DNA of 64,000 bases, from the NCBI RefSeq assembly GCF_018350175.1, contig NC_058368.1, positions 225,558,001-225,622,000 of the forward strand, in the 5' to 3' direction. Source of the stretch: Felis catus. Taxonomy: Eukaryota. The notes under the pieces were generated by a model. It saw only the letters and a list, made by a program, of their open reading frames with translations, was not told the DNA's origin and did not search any database. Below, one piece after another: positions 26,809 through 38,440 of this stretch. Within the stretch, counting starts at the first letter, position 1. Every line of letters begins with the position of its first letter. The position numbers and the translations under genes are program-made.

Positions 26809-27014
26809 TTTTTTTGTTTATTTTTGCGAGAGAGTGAGAGAGACCGAGCACAAGTTGGGGAGGGGAAGAGAGAGAAGGAGACACAGAATCCAAAGCAGGC
26901 TCCAGACTCCGAGCTGTCAGCACAGAACTGATGCGGGGCTTGAACTCATGGACAGCGAGATCATGACCTGAGCCAAAGTCGGACGCTTAACCTCCTGAGC
27001 CACCCAGGCGCCCC
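26809..27014 (-). mobile_element. Can-SINE
   Basis: Flanks agtgttg. Confidence 0.93.
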
Positions 27015-27574
27015 AGTGTTGAAGTTTTTTACCCAAGTAGCGTAAAACCAGGAAGGGTTGGATTGGTGGCAAGATGGCAAACACATCCATGGAGCAGGGC
27101 AGTAGGGGGACAGGGGGGTGAGGGGAAGGCACACCCAGAGTGTAGGGAGCACAGGGTCAGTGAGCAGGCTGGTCTGAGCCGAAGGAGACTTGGGCATCCT
27201 CAGCCTAATCCTTTGAGCGCTCACTCAGCCATCTCCCCTGCTCCTGGCCTTCTCTTCTCCAGAATGCCTTGCGGTCAGCCCAGGGCTCCTGGTTTTTGCA
27301 GGGTGGGTCCACTTGTGTGCAGGCTGACCATCCTCGTTCCAGAACTGCTCGTTTTCCCCCATTTCTGCCTGCGGTTCCATCATACCCCTTTGGTGCCTGC
27401 CTTTTAATCAGCAGGGTGGTGGTCGGCAGGATGTCTGAGGGGGCTCCAGCGGGTGACATTCAGTATGGGAGGTGGGCCCGGCACACAGCGAGGGGGAGGC
27501 TCCTGTGTCTTCCTCTGCCATCTTCTGGGCCAAGTGCCTGATTCAAGTATTTGTTCAAGACGAAGCAAAACAAC

Positions 27575-27774
27575 TTTTTGTTGTTGTTGTTTTTGAGAGA
27601 GGGAGAAAGAGAGAGTGCTTGCAGGGGAGGGGCAGGAGGAGAAGAAGAGAGAATCTTAGCCTTCATGTTCAATGTGGAGCCCCATACAGGGCTCGATCTC
27701 AAGACCGTGAGATCATGACCTGAGCCCGTATCAGGAGTTGGATGCTTAACCGACTGAGCCACCCAGGCACCCCC
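27575..27774 (-). mobile_element. Can-SINE, diverged
   Basis: gggctcgatctc..gatcatgacctgagcc..tgagccacccaggcacc. Confidence 0.9.
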
Positions 27775-27787
27775 CACCCTCCGCAAA

Positions 27788-28600
27788 ACAGCTTTATTAA
27801 GATATAATTCACGCCCCATAGGATTCACCCATTTAAAGTGCACAGTTCGAGGGCGCCTGGGTGGCGCAGTTGGTTAAGCGTCCGACTTCAGCCAGGTCAC
27901 GATCTCGCGGTCCGTGAGTTCGAGCCCCGCGTCAGGCTCTGGGCTGATGGCTCAGAGCCTGGAGCCTGTTTCCGATTCTGTGTCTCCCTCTCTCTCTGCC
28001 CCTCCCCCGTTCATGCTCTGTCTCTCTCTGTCCCAAAAATAAATAGACGTTAAAGTGCACAGTTCAGGGATTTTTAGGATATTCAGAGTTGTGCGGTCCT
28101 CACCATGGTCCATTTTAGAACATTTTATCACCTCAAACCCATGAGCAGTCACTCCCCAACTCCCCCCACCCACCCCCCAAGCCCTGACAACCACTCATCT
28201 ACTTTCTGTCTCCGAATTTACTTATTCTGGACATTGATATAAATGGACTCCTATAACATGTGCTATTCTCTGTCTGACCTTGTTCTGACCTTGGCCTAAT
28301 GCTTTCAGGGTCCACCCGCATTGTGGCGTACTATATTCCTTTTTCGGAATTATCTTCCATTGTACAGGCATGCCTCGTGACCTTCATTTGTTCATCTGTC
28401 AATGGGCATTTGGGTTGTTTCCACTTTCGGACAAATAGAAATAATGCTGTCAGCATTCATGTACAGCCTTTTGCCTGGACTTGATTTAACCTCTCTTGGG
28501 TATACATCTAGGAGTGGAATTGCCGGCACGTATGGTGACGTTAGGTTTCCCCTTGGAGGGAGCTGCCAGACCGCTTCCCAAAGCAGCTGCGTCATTTTCC
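27788..28600 (-). mobile_element. Old L1 (L1MB-like) 3' fragment, interrupted by a SINE
   Basis: 'cagctttattaagatataattcac..atttaaagtgcacagttc..catttgggttgtttccacttt..ataatgctg..gggtatacatctaggagtggaattgc'. Confidence 0.88.
27849..28050 (+). mobile_element. Young felid Can-SINE with essentially no A-tail
   Basis: TSD ttaaagtgcacagttc (27833-27848, 28050-28065). Confidence 0.95.
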
Positions 28601-28701
28601 ATTCCGTCGGGCATTGCATTGACTCCTGTCCTCTTGATGGTAGCCTCTATTACTAGCTATCGAGGGAGTAAGATAGCATTAAAAAATTACTTAAAAATAT
28701 T

Positions 28702-28923
28702 GGGGCGCCTGAGTGGCGCAGTCGGTTAAGCGTCCGACTTCAGCCAGGTCACGATCTTGAGGTCCGTGAGTTCGAGCCCCGCGTCGGGCTCTGGGCTGAT
28801 GGCTCAGAGCCTGGAGCCTGTTTCCGATTCTGTGTCTCCCTCTCTCTCTGCCCCTCCCCCGTTCATGCTTTGTCTCTCTCTGTCCCAAAAATAAATAAAC
28901 GTTGAAAAAAAAATTTAAAAAAA
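28702..28923 (+). mobile_element. Young felid Can-SINE
   Basis: Young-subfamily diagnostics; TSD aaattactt(a/c)aaaatat. Confidence 0.96.
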
Positions 28924-31159
28924 AATTACTTCAAAATATAGAGAGTGATAAGAATGTGGATGAATTCATTTCTAACGCAAATCTTCGGAGAGAGGGAGCG
29001 GACTACTCTGAGTTTGATGCAGCCTTCTAGGTTTTTGGACGCCCGCAAGGTGGGCGGCCGTCCCCTGGTACATTTCCATCATCACGTTCTTTATCAGTCT
29101 GCTCGTGTCGTGTGCGTGGGGTCACTCAGTTGCTGGTTTCCGTCTTCTCCAGGATCTTTGATCTTTGTCCCTGGAAAGCGGATGGAGGCGGAACAACATT
29201 GGTAGCTGACGCCTGAGAGCAGGTGTGGGTGTGAGAGTTTGGACGTGAAAGTGGGGAGTGAAGCTTATAGTGTTGGGTCTACATCCCGGGAGGAGGAGCT
29301 GCTCTCTGGTGGGAATAGGGACCATGTGGTGGTGGCAGAGACGCTGTAGGGGCCCCTTTGTCTTTATACTGCGTTTTGACTCTGTCACATCCTAAAGTCG
29401 AAATTTGAAGGGAGGCAGGCTTATCATAAGGATATCGATCACCGGAAAAGAAGGCTCTCCTAACTCCCTTTTTGGGAAAGCTAACAGGAGGAGGATGATA
29501 TTGACAAAAACATGGCCATGTTTCTCCTCGTGACCTCGGCTCTCAAGATTAAGATTCCAACCAGATTCCCATAAGTTTCTAAAGCTTGGTGACTCTGGCT
29601 TTTAGGTATCTGGGCCAGATTTCCAGCAGAAGGCATGGCGGGCTTTTATGTCCTTTGCGTTCATAGACATTTGCGGAGAAACAGTTTCTTGCTGGCACCT
29701 TTTTAGGGAAAGACCAGCAGTATTCTTTTTAGCCCCCTTACTTTGCTCATGGTCCGTATCCTAGCAAGAATATCTTAGTGCTTTGTGTTTCATTTTTCAT
29801 TCAATATAATTTTGTAAAGAGATCTTTTCTGTCTTCACTTAGTAGCCTATTATTTTTTTCAGTCTGTTGTCTTTCAGGCCTTCTGCCTCTTTTTCATCCG
29901 TCCAGTAGTTCCAATAGAGTTCTCTGCCATTTCTAGAGATTTTCTTGGCAGGGGGGTGGGGGTAAGGGGTTGGCCCACAGGGGAAGTGTGGGAGCTCTTC
30001 CACGTTCTGATCTGTTGTGCTGTGTTTCTGGCCTTTCCTATTAGCTGGGTGGTGTTTCCTCCTACTTCTTGGACCATAGGTTCGAGTCCAGCAGACTTCT
30101 TTGTACATATGTAGCCAAACTGACTTCTGGCTTCAATCGGGAGTCATTCTGAATCTGCGTTTGTTCACTGCATTCGTAAATAACTTGAGTCTCTTCTTAT
30201 TTGACACTTGGAAATGAGTGGCATGCAAGACACATAATGCTTAAAGTTAAGATTTATAAAAATTATTTAGGCTCTTTTTGAACTCTGAGATGGACACATA
30301 CTTGGCTCAAAGACCAAGTCTTTTCTCATTTCACTTAAGAACAGCCAAGGAATTACTGTCGTTCAGTTTAAGGCTGTTGCAAAGCAGCCAGTGAACGGAA
30401 AACGTTGATTTACAGCTCAGCCTTTGGAGTTCGGTTTTAGATGACCAGTGCAGGGTGCTAAGTATATGATCTCAGCACCATGGAAGGAAGCTGGTGCTCA
30501 TCACTTTAGCAGACAGTTGGTAAGCAGCTACTGGTGCCAGATGTTTGACGAGGCGAGGAGGACTCAGACGTCTTCGCGAGATACAGCCCAGGTCCTCACG
30601 GACTGGTCCGGTATGAGGATTATAGTGCATCCATGACTACTGTGGCATCCCCCTTTGGTCTCGCCCTCCTCCCCACCAGCCCACCTACAGCTGCAGATCT
30701 TCATCATGGGGCCCCAGGAAATCACCGCTTCCACACAGGAGCCTGAAAGTTCTGCCAGTCCTGGTCCCTCGGCAGAGATAAGACAGAGGGTAAGATAGCG
30801 TAGTGTGGGTAAGTGACAGGAGAGGTTCTGTCCAAGGTGCTGTGGGAAAGAAGGGCACTCCAGCCAGGCTGGGCATGGTGGTGGAGGCTTGGAAGACGGG
30901 TCATCTGGAGGAATGCAGGACGGATCCCAGGACAGTTCATGGAGTATGGAACATGGTGAGGGGTTGGAAAGAGGGGGCGGGAAACTCTAAGTCAGTCTAT
31001 AATCCTGGAGTCAGTTTGGTAGGAGCAGTAGCGGGGGCCCCTCAGGAAAGCATTGTAGGGAATCCACCCACATAAGGAGATTTTTCTTCATCTTGGAAGT
31101 GACTGGGAACAAATGGTGAGAATTCCAATCAATGCATGTCACTGGTAACAGTAACACGG

Positions 31160-31375
31160 CTAACAGTGAAATATTTGAGTTGCTTGCTCAGTACCAAGAG
31201 CTGTGCTAAATTCCTTATGTGCATTATCTTACTCTGATCTCACTACCACTCTGACGTGTAGGTATTATCATTCTTATTTTATAGATGATGAAACTGAGGG
31301 CTAGCATGTGGTGTAACCGGAGAAGGTTAAGATTGCTTAGCTGATGGGAAGCAGACTGGGTTCAAAGCCCTCTAG
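31160..31375 (-). mobile_element. MIR
   Basis: 'ggtattatcattcttattttatagatgatgaaactgagggct..ctgggttcaaagccc' is the MIR core. Confidence 0.8.
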
Positions 31376-31860
31376 GTCTGTGCTGTTCAGGCTTGTATGG
31401 AATCCGCTAAAAGATCCTAGTTAGTCCCAGTTTGGGAAACACCAGTGTAAGAAACCAAAATTTTATCTCTGAAAATTTCTTTGAATTCAAAGTTATCACG
31501 GCCAAGAAAACTTATCTTTAAAACTAGTAGAAAACGTTTTTAGTCATTAAAATTAAAATTCAACGTTAAAAAAATGTTTCTTGGACTCTAATTTGAGGAC
31601 CATTGGATTCACGCCATGAGACACCGGAGGCAGAGGAACTTATTAGGAAGTAGTTGTGGGGGTTGGATGAAAAATGTGAGGCAGGCAGAGGAAGAGGAGA
31701 GCAGATGGGTTCTGGACAGTGTTGATCATCTGACCTAGGACTTGCAGAGAAGACATGGTCAGCAGTAGGGAGGGGTTTTGAGGTTGACTCCAATTTCTAG
31801 CTTGGGCAGCAGGTGCCAAAGGTGTCATTCTTGAGGAAGAGATGAGGGTAAGTTGTGGAG

Positions 31861-31864
<4 letters not shown>

Positions 31865-31910
<46 letters not shown>
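31865..31910. repeat. (TG)n microsatellite, about 23 units
   Basis: Read directly. Confidence 0.95.
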
Positions 31911-31914
<4 letters not shown>

Positions 31915-32395
31915 GTGCTTTTGAAACGTCAAAATGGTTTGGAATTCTAGGAATGGAGCTTTGATACCAGAATTCAAGTTCATGCTATCAGAGTCTGGGC
32001 TTCTGACTTGCAAGAGAGGGACCAAAAGGAACACACGAAATTAGAACAAGGATCAGGACGTTAGGACCAGGAGTAAGGAGCCTCAGAAGCAAAAGCTGGT
32101 GGACCAGTTGTCTCAGGAGCATGGGACCGAGAACCTGGGGTCTGTAGGCTTTTGTCCCATACCTGCCTCTTGCTTTGTGGTTTCTCTGGGCTGAAACTTA
32201 TCATGCTTATTACAAGTGGATTAGAGGAGAAGCCCCTATGCTCCTTCTAATTGCTGGTGACTCTTGGGAGGGTATTATTTCATTTCGTTTTTGTTACTTG
32301 GGGAAAATAGTTCTATAATAGTCACTGTTTAAATTAATTGAATCAGTTATATGTATCCAGATATGTTCACTGATAGTGATTTTTGATTGGGCTGA

Positions 32396-32620
32396 TTTTT
32401 TGAAAAAACTTTTTTAAATTGTTCATTTTTGAAAGAGAGAGAGAGAAGCAGAGCACAAGCAGGGGAGGGGCCGAGGGAGAGGGAGACACAGAATCTGAAG
32501 CAGGCTGCGGGCTCCGAGCTGTCAGCACAGAGCCCGACGCGGGGCTCGAACTCCCGAACCGTGAGATCATGGCCTGGGCTGAAGTTGTATGCTTAACCAA
32601 CTGAACCACCTGGGTGCCCC
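32396..32620 (-). mobile_element. Can-SINE
   Basis: Flanks ctgattttt. Confidence 0.93.
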
Positions 32621-32628
32621 TGGACTGA

Positions 32629-32857
32629 TTTTTTTTTTTTTTAATTTTTTTTTTCAACGTTTATTTATTTTTGGGACAGAGAGAGACAGAGCATGAATGG
32701 GGGAGGGGCAGAGAGAGAGGGAGACACAGAATCGGAAACAGGCTCCAGGCTCTGAGCCATCAGCCCAGAGCCCGACGCGGGGCTCGAACCCACGGACCGC
32801 GAGATCGTGACCTGGCTGAAGTCGGACGCTTAACCGACTGCGCCACCCAGGCGCCCC
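32629..32857 (-). mobile_element. Young felid Can-SINE abutting the previous copy
   Basis: Young-subfamily diagnostics; inserted in a T-run. Confidence 0.95.
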
Positions 32858-33029
32858 TGTTTTTTTTTTTTTTTAAGGCTAGAAATGTTTTAAACTTTTA
32901 GCAAATAGGAAAAGAGTGATAGAAAAGTATAAAAAACAAAGTGAAAAACCCCTACAAGCTTGTGATCCATTATTGGATCTGATATATTTTCTTCTAGCCT
33001 TTTTGCATACATTTTTATACTTTTTGGTA

Positions 33030-33488
33030 ATGAAACTTTTTGTTTTGAGATCACTGTAGCTCCACATGCATTTGTGAGCAATAATACAGAATGATTCCAT
33101 ATACCCTTTACCTACTCTTTCTCGAGGATAGCATCTTGCAAAACTCAAGCACAATAGCGCAATCAGGGTCTTGACATAGAGTCGAGATGCAGAACCTTTC
33201 CATCAACGCTGGGACCCAGCATGTGGCCCCTTTGTAGCTACACCCATTACCCTCTTGCCCCCACTCCCTTCATAACTTGTGGCAACCACCAATTTGCCCT
33301 TCATTCTCTACAATTTTGTCATTTCAAGAATATTCTGTAAGTGGGATCGTAGCCGGTGTAACCTTCTGGGACTGGCTTTTTCAGCTTTTGCCTTTTACAC
33401 AAAAAGCTGCTATGAATGCTTGTGTGCATGTTTTTGTGCAAATGTAAGTTTTCACTTATATAGAAGGAATGCCCAAGAATACAGTTGC
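33030..33488 (-). mobile_element. Old L1 (L1M) 3' fragment
   Basis: 'ggcaaccaccaatttgcccttcattctctacaattttgtcatttcaagaat..ggactggctttttcagc..aaagctgctatgaa'. Confidence 0.75.
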
Positions 33489-33489
33489 T

Positions 33490-33575
33490 TGTGTGTGTGT
33501 GTGTGTGTGTGTGTATCTGTGGGCACAGAGTTGCTGGTGTGTATGTGTGTGTGTTGTGTGTGTATCTATGTGCAT
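33490..33575. repeat. Interrupted (TG)n repeat
   Basis: Read directly. Confidence 0.85.
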
Positions 33576-33670
33576 GCATTTAAAAAAATAAACATAGGAT
33601 TATATTATGTGTGTGCCTAGTATAATTTTGTCATAAATCAAGTTAGTATGATTGTAATGAAAAAATATTT

Positions 33671-33887
33671 GGGGCGCCTGGGTGGCCTAGTTGGGTCAGT
33701 GGCTGACTTCAGCTCAGGTCATGATCTCATAGTTCATGGGTTCGAGCCCTGCATTGGGCTCTCTACTGTCAGCATAGAGCCTGCTATGGATCCTCTGTCT
33801 GCCCCCCCCGCACCCTTCCCCTGCTTTAGCATGCACCAGCTCGCTCTCTCTCTTTGTCTCTGTCTCAAAAATAAACATCAAAAAAAT
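33671..33887 (+). mobile_element. Can-SINE
   Basis: ggggcgcctgggtggc..ttcagctcaggtcatgatctc..A-tail. Confidence 0.92.
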
Positions 33888-33967
33888 TTGTATAAAGCCA
33901 TCTTTTTCTTTCTAAGTTCTTCAAACATGGAAAGACTGGCTTAAGGGGCATGACCATCTTGTGATAT

Positions 33968-34015
33968 ATACAAGAGAGCCGATAGATACAAGAGAGCCGA
34001 TAGGTACAAGAGAGC
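33968..34015. repeat. 18-bp tandem repeat, about 2.7 copies (atacaagagagccgatag)
   Basis: 33968-33985 is identical to 33986-34003; partial third copy. Confidence 0.9.
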
Positions 34016-34490
34016 TTTCAAGACACTTCCTAGCACAGCTTAGGATCAAGTGTAATTTTTTTTCAGGCAGATTTTCCTAAAATTTCTTTTATGAATAAAA
34101 AAGCAGTACAGTTTAGCATTTAAAAGAAATCTGTCCATAATTCTGTAAAATCACCATTCCTAAATGTTGCCTATAAGTTCCGATTTCTTCTTTTCCATTT
34201 AATTTCCTTAACTAGCAAGTACTAGTATGTTCTTTAATCTGTGTGAGCGTGATAGTCATTCCTCCCGACTCTGCCAACTCACTATAACAGTTAACTTTTT
34301 TCTCTCAAGTTCACCAGTAGAGATCAGGGCCAGGGCATCACCTAGACCTTCCAGGCTGGGGGCAGCTGCCCATGCGGACGAGGTAGTTGATTTTGCACCA
34401 CTCATCGTGTGGTAGGGCTCTGCTTCTCCACTGGCCGATGTCCTGTCCACAGGTTAGCTTCCTGCTGTTTTACACTTCTCAGACGCTTAA

Positions 34491-34691
34491 ATTTATTTTA
34501 TTTTTGAAAGAGAGAGAGAGAGAGAGAGAGAGTGTGTGTGTGCAAGCAAGCGGGGGAGGGACAGAGAGAGGAGGAGGACAGAGGCTCTGCACTGACAGTA
34601 GAGAGCCTGAAGTGGGGCTCGAGCTCGTGAACCGTGAGATCACGACCTGAGCTGTAGTCCGGCGCTCACCTGACTGAGCCACCTAGATGCC
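34491..34691 (-). mobile_element. Can-SINE, diverged
   Basis: (GA)n(GT)n, gtggggctcgagctc..tgactgagccacc. Confidence 0.9.
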
Positions 34692-34870
34692 ATGAGACTA
34701 CTCAGATTCATAATCTTCTTGGTCTGCCTGTGAAGTCTCGAGTATCCTCAGAAAGACTCGTGCTCAGTGACCCGCCGAAGCTTCCTGTCCTTGTTGCGTT
34801 GTGTGTATCATTGCTGATGCTTTTGGTCGTGTGTTATTTGCGCACAGGAAGGCAGGAAGAAACCCTCCAA

Positions 34871-35207
34871 TTTTTATTTAAGTTTGTTTGTTTATTTTGA
34901 GGGGAGGGGGAGAGAATCCCAAGCAGGCTCCATACTGTCAGCCTAGAGCCCCACGCAGGGCTCGATCTCACAAACAGTGAGATCCTGAGCTGAGCCTAGA
35001 TCGTGAGTCAAACGCTTGGGACACCTGGGTGGCTCAGTCAGTTAAGCGTCCGACTTCAGCTCAGGTCATGATCCCTCAGTCTGTGAGTTCGAGCCCCGCG
35101 TCCGGCTCTGTGCTGACAGCTCGGAGCCTGGAGCCTGCTTCGGATTCTGTGTCTCCCTTTCTCTCTGCCCCTACCCTGCTCATGCTCTGTCTTTCTCTCT
35201 CAAGAAT

Positions 35208-35239
<32 letters not shown>

Positions 35240-35270
35240 GACACTTAACCGACTGAGCCACCTAGGCGCC
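34871..35270 (-). mobile_element. Older Can-SINE split by a nested SINE
   Basis: Body runs to ..gagtcaaacgctt (35017) and resumes at aaccgactgagccacctaggcgcc (about 35247-35270). Confidence 0.88.
35018..35238 (+). mobile_element. Can-SINE nested in the opposite orientation inside another SINE
   Basis: Full body with A-tail of more than 20 nt; imperfect TSD aaacgctt/agacactt. Confidence 0.93.
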
Positions 35271-35294
35271 TGGAAACTCTCCAATTAAAAAAGT

Positions 35295-35483
35295 GTTTTT
35301 TTTAATTTTGTTTTAGCGAGAGAGAGCATGCGCATGAGGAGGTGAGGAGGGACAGAGAGGGAGAGAAGGACACTCCTAAGCAGGCTCCACTGGCAGCAGA
35401 GGCTTGATCTCACAACCCTGAGGTCATGACCTGAGCCAAAATCAAGAGTCTGGTGCTTAACCAACTGAGCCCCCCAGGCGCCC
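35295..35483 (-). mobile_element. Can-SINE, diverged
   Basis: ctcctaagcaggctcc..gtcatgacctgagccaaaatcaagag..ccaggcgccc. Confidence 0.9.
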
Positions 35484-36464
35484 CAGGAAGAAACCCTCCA
35501 CTTTGGGGACAACACTGATTGTAGTGATGACGCCTGAAGTGATTTAGGCATCGCTTTCCTGCGGGGTTTCTGGAAAGTCGGACTCATTGTATTCCATTTT
35601 GTAGTGAGCTCTCTTCTCTGTTTCTCTAGAAGAGCGATCGCGGGGTCATGTTTGACATCAGCTGTCTGTGATGATGAATAATAAGTGGAGACGTGTCAAC
35701 CCCCACCTCAGGTCAGAGGCCAAGCGTCACTGCAGGGCACAGGAGGCCCCCCACACCCTGCCCCCGTCACGCCCCACTCCGCGGGTGCCCTCCACTGTCT
35801 TGCCTTTGTCTCTGCTCTTCCCCGGCCGCGGTCTGTCCCACGTGGCTGGTCCCCACCATACCCCAGGAATTTCCTCTGCGCTGGCCCCCACCACACGGTG
35901 GAAATGGCTCTTTTTTCTCATTTCTTGGTGATCGGGAGACTCTTTGAACGACAGGCCGGTTATTGTATTCCCAGGGTCACCCTTGTTTTCCCAGGGGCCA
36001 GCTCACAGCCTGCCACAGATGGCAACTGAGGGAGCTAGAAATGGTAAAGAAGTGAAACATAGCGGAATAAATGCCCAGGGTTCACAGCCAGTTAGTGGCA
36101 GAGCTGGAATGCAAAATGCTGTCTCTGAACTGGTGACCCCCCCAGGTCTGGCTGCACCGTGTGTGCTTTTCCACAGTCCCAAGGAATCAAATGCTAGCTG
36201 TGCTGTGTGCCTTTGGGCAAGTTCCCTAGCTTCTCTGATCCTTTGTGAACTCATCCCCCAAAAGACTGAGCAACAGTGTGGCCTCCTCTGCCTCGGATCA
36301 CATGAGGGAATATCCTCAGTGTGCCTGGTGCACACGGCCGGCCGTCACTGAGTGCCCTGTGCCTGTGCCCAACCTTTTCCCTTACGCTGGTTTTGGCCCA
36401 GATGCCATGCACCCTGTGGCGTCAGGCACTGAAAACTTGATGACAATTTAAATGGCTTAATCAG

Positions 36465-36665
36465 TGGCGCCTGGGTGGCTCAGTCAATTTAGTGTCTGAC
36501 TCCCGATTTTGGCTCAGGTCATGATCTCGTGGTTTATGGGTTCGAGCCCTGCATCACCCAGCATCTAACCAGCGCAGAGCCTGCTGGGGATTCTCTGTCT
36601 CCCTCTCCCTCTGCCCCTCCCTCGCTCACTCTTTCTCTCTCAAAATGAATCACCTGGACATTTAA
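36465..36665 (+). mobile_element. Can-SINE
   Basis: ggcgcctgggtggctcagtc..; flanks atggctt. Confidence 0.9.
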
Positions 36666-37589
36666 AACATGGCTTCATCTCACAAACTATTTGAATCTCT
36701 GAAGAAGAAAATCTCAATCTTTCTTTTATCTGTATTTAGTTGTCAGGTATCCAGAAGCTCACCCAGGGCAGATTCTAGTCACCAAACCCTTACGTAAAGA
36801 TGACTTTCACCCCCTGTGCCATGTCACTAAAATGCTAAGTCTCTGACGAATGGGAGCTGAACGCAAGGGACCGTGGCCATTTCCCCCCTGCACTCTGGGA
36901 GAGTACTTTTACTTTTGATGAGATTTCCGTGGAACTTTCTAGTGGACTTTACATTTTTGTGCCCCATCTACTTTCTGCAGGCTCCCGCGGCAGCAGCAAA
37001 AACAGGAGGCCACTTCCTCTTAGACTCCACAGTGCGCCTAAGGGCATCCGTCGCCACCGAGAGCCTTGAGTCAGAGGGGCTGGCCATGAGAAAGCTCGTT
37101 TTTGGTTGCCACGATTGCTCAATTTAGCCACAGGTCAGGAGGCAGAAGTCTTCACCTCTATCGTTGATCGTCCTTTTAGTCATGAATTAATGAGTCAATA
37201 AATGAAAGAAAGTAGGAAACTGAATTAAGAGAGGCGCCGCCAGAAGCGAGGTCGAATCCAGAGAAAACCCAAACAAGGCCAGCCGGATTTGGGCGAAGGG
37301 AATCGAAATAGAAGAAGGTATATGTTGGTTTTTCATCAGATAACGTACAAGTTGAGATTGTCCTGAAGTTTGTAGAACTGAATGTGTACCCCTCCCTTTT
37401 GCTCACTGCCTCGTTCACACAGCTAGTCTCCAGGCTCAAGTCTAAGGAGTCTGGGCTCCTCCGTGCAAGGACAATTGATTCCTTTCCTTTTAGAACGTTC
37501 CCTGTTCTTCCTTGCGTTACGCCCCCCTCGTGGGAATAGGTGCCGTTTGTGGAGCCCTTGTTTGTGCCAGTCACTGTGACTTTTACCTA

Positions 37590-37785
37590 CATTCCTTAGC
37601 TTTCGTGATAATTCCGAGTTGGGTATTGCTATTACCATTCTTACTTTGCAGGTGGAAAAAAAATCACGGGTCAGAGCAGGTCCAAGAACCTTGCTCACTT
37701 TCCTGAAACGATCGGAAGCCCAGATCCAGCAGAAATGAATCCAGCTGGATCTGCCTCCAGGCGTCTAAGGCCATGTTTTGGTCAT
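37590..37785 (-). mobile_element. MIR
   Basis: 'gggtattgctattaccattcttactttgcaggtggaaaaa..gtcagagcaggtccaagaaccttgctca'. Confidence 0.6.
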
Positions 37786-37827
37786 TACCCCACTTTGCCT
37801 CTCCTTTCATGTTATAATCATTTGGAA

Positions 37828-38045
37828 TTTTTTTTTAATGTTTATTTTTGACGGAGAGAGAGAGAGAGAGAGACAGAGCATGAGTGGGGGAGGGGCAGAG
37901 AGAGACGGAGACACAGAATCCAAAGCAGGCTCCAGGCTCCGAGCTGTCAGCACAGAGCCCGACACGGGGCTCGAACTCAGAGACCGCGAGATCATGACCT
38001 GAGCCGAAGTCGGACGCTCCACCCACTGAGCCACGCAGGCGCCCC
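37828..38045 (-). mobile_element. Can-SINE, felid type
   Basis: TSD catgttataatc. Confidence 0.96.
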
Positions 38046-38076
38046 ATGTTATAATCGTTTTGAAAGCGAGGGCCAC

Positions 38077-38440
38077 TTATTCTGTGTTTATGCTGTTTAT
38101 TGAGTCCGTGTAGTGGGCCATGGCTGGCACTGGGGAACGAGGTAGGCATGCTCCTTGCCTTCGTAGAGCTTTCAAACCATAGTTCACAACCCACAACAGA
38201 CGTGAAATCGGTTTACGGGGTCACAGCCGGCGTTTGAAAGAAACAGAGTAGAAAGGATTGAGGTGCGTCGGACATCGCGACAAGTGTTTTATGAAACTGC
38301 GTATGGTAGTTCATGGAATAAAACCTTTTTAACTGTAGGTTGCGGTCAAATGAGTTAAGAGAGACTGACCTGAGGTCCTAGAGTGGGGGACCCACAGGGG
38401 GATTTTGAACACGTGAGATAATAGATAAGCGATTACAGGT
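38077..38440 (-). mobile_element. L2 fragment
   Basis: 'tgtttattgagtccgtgtagtgggcca..ggcactggggaac..ccttgccttcgtagagcttt' resembles the antisense L2 3' end. Confidence 0.6.
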
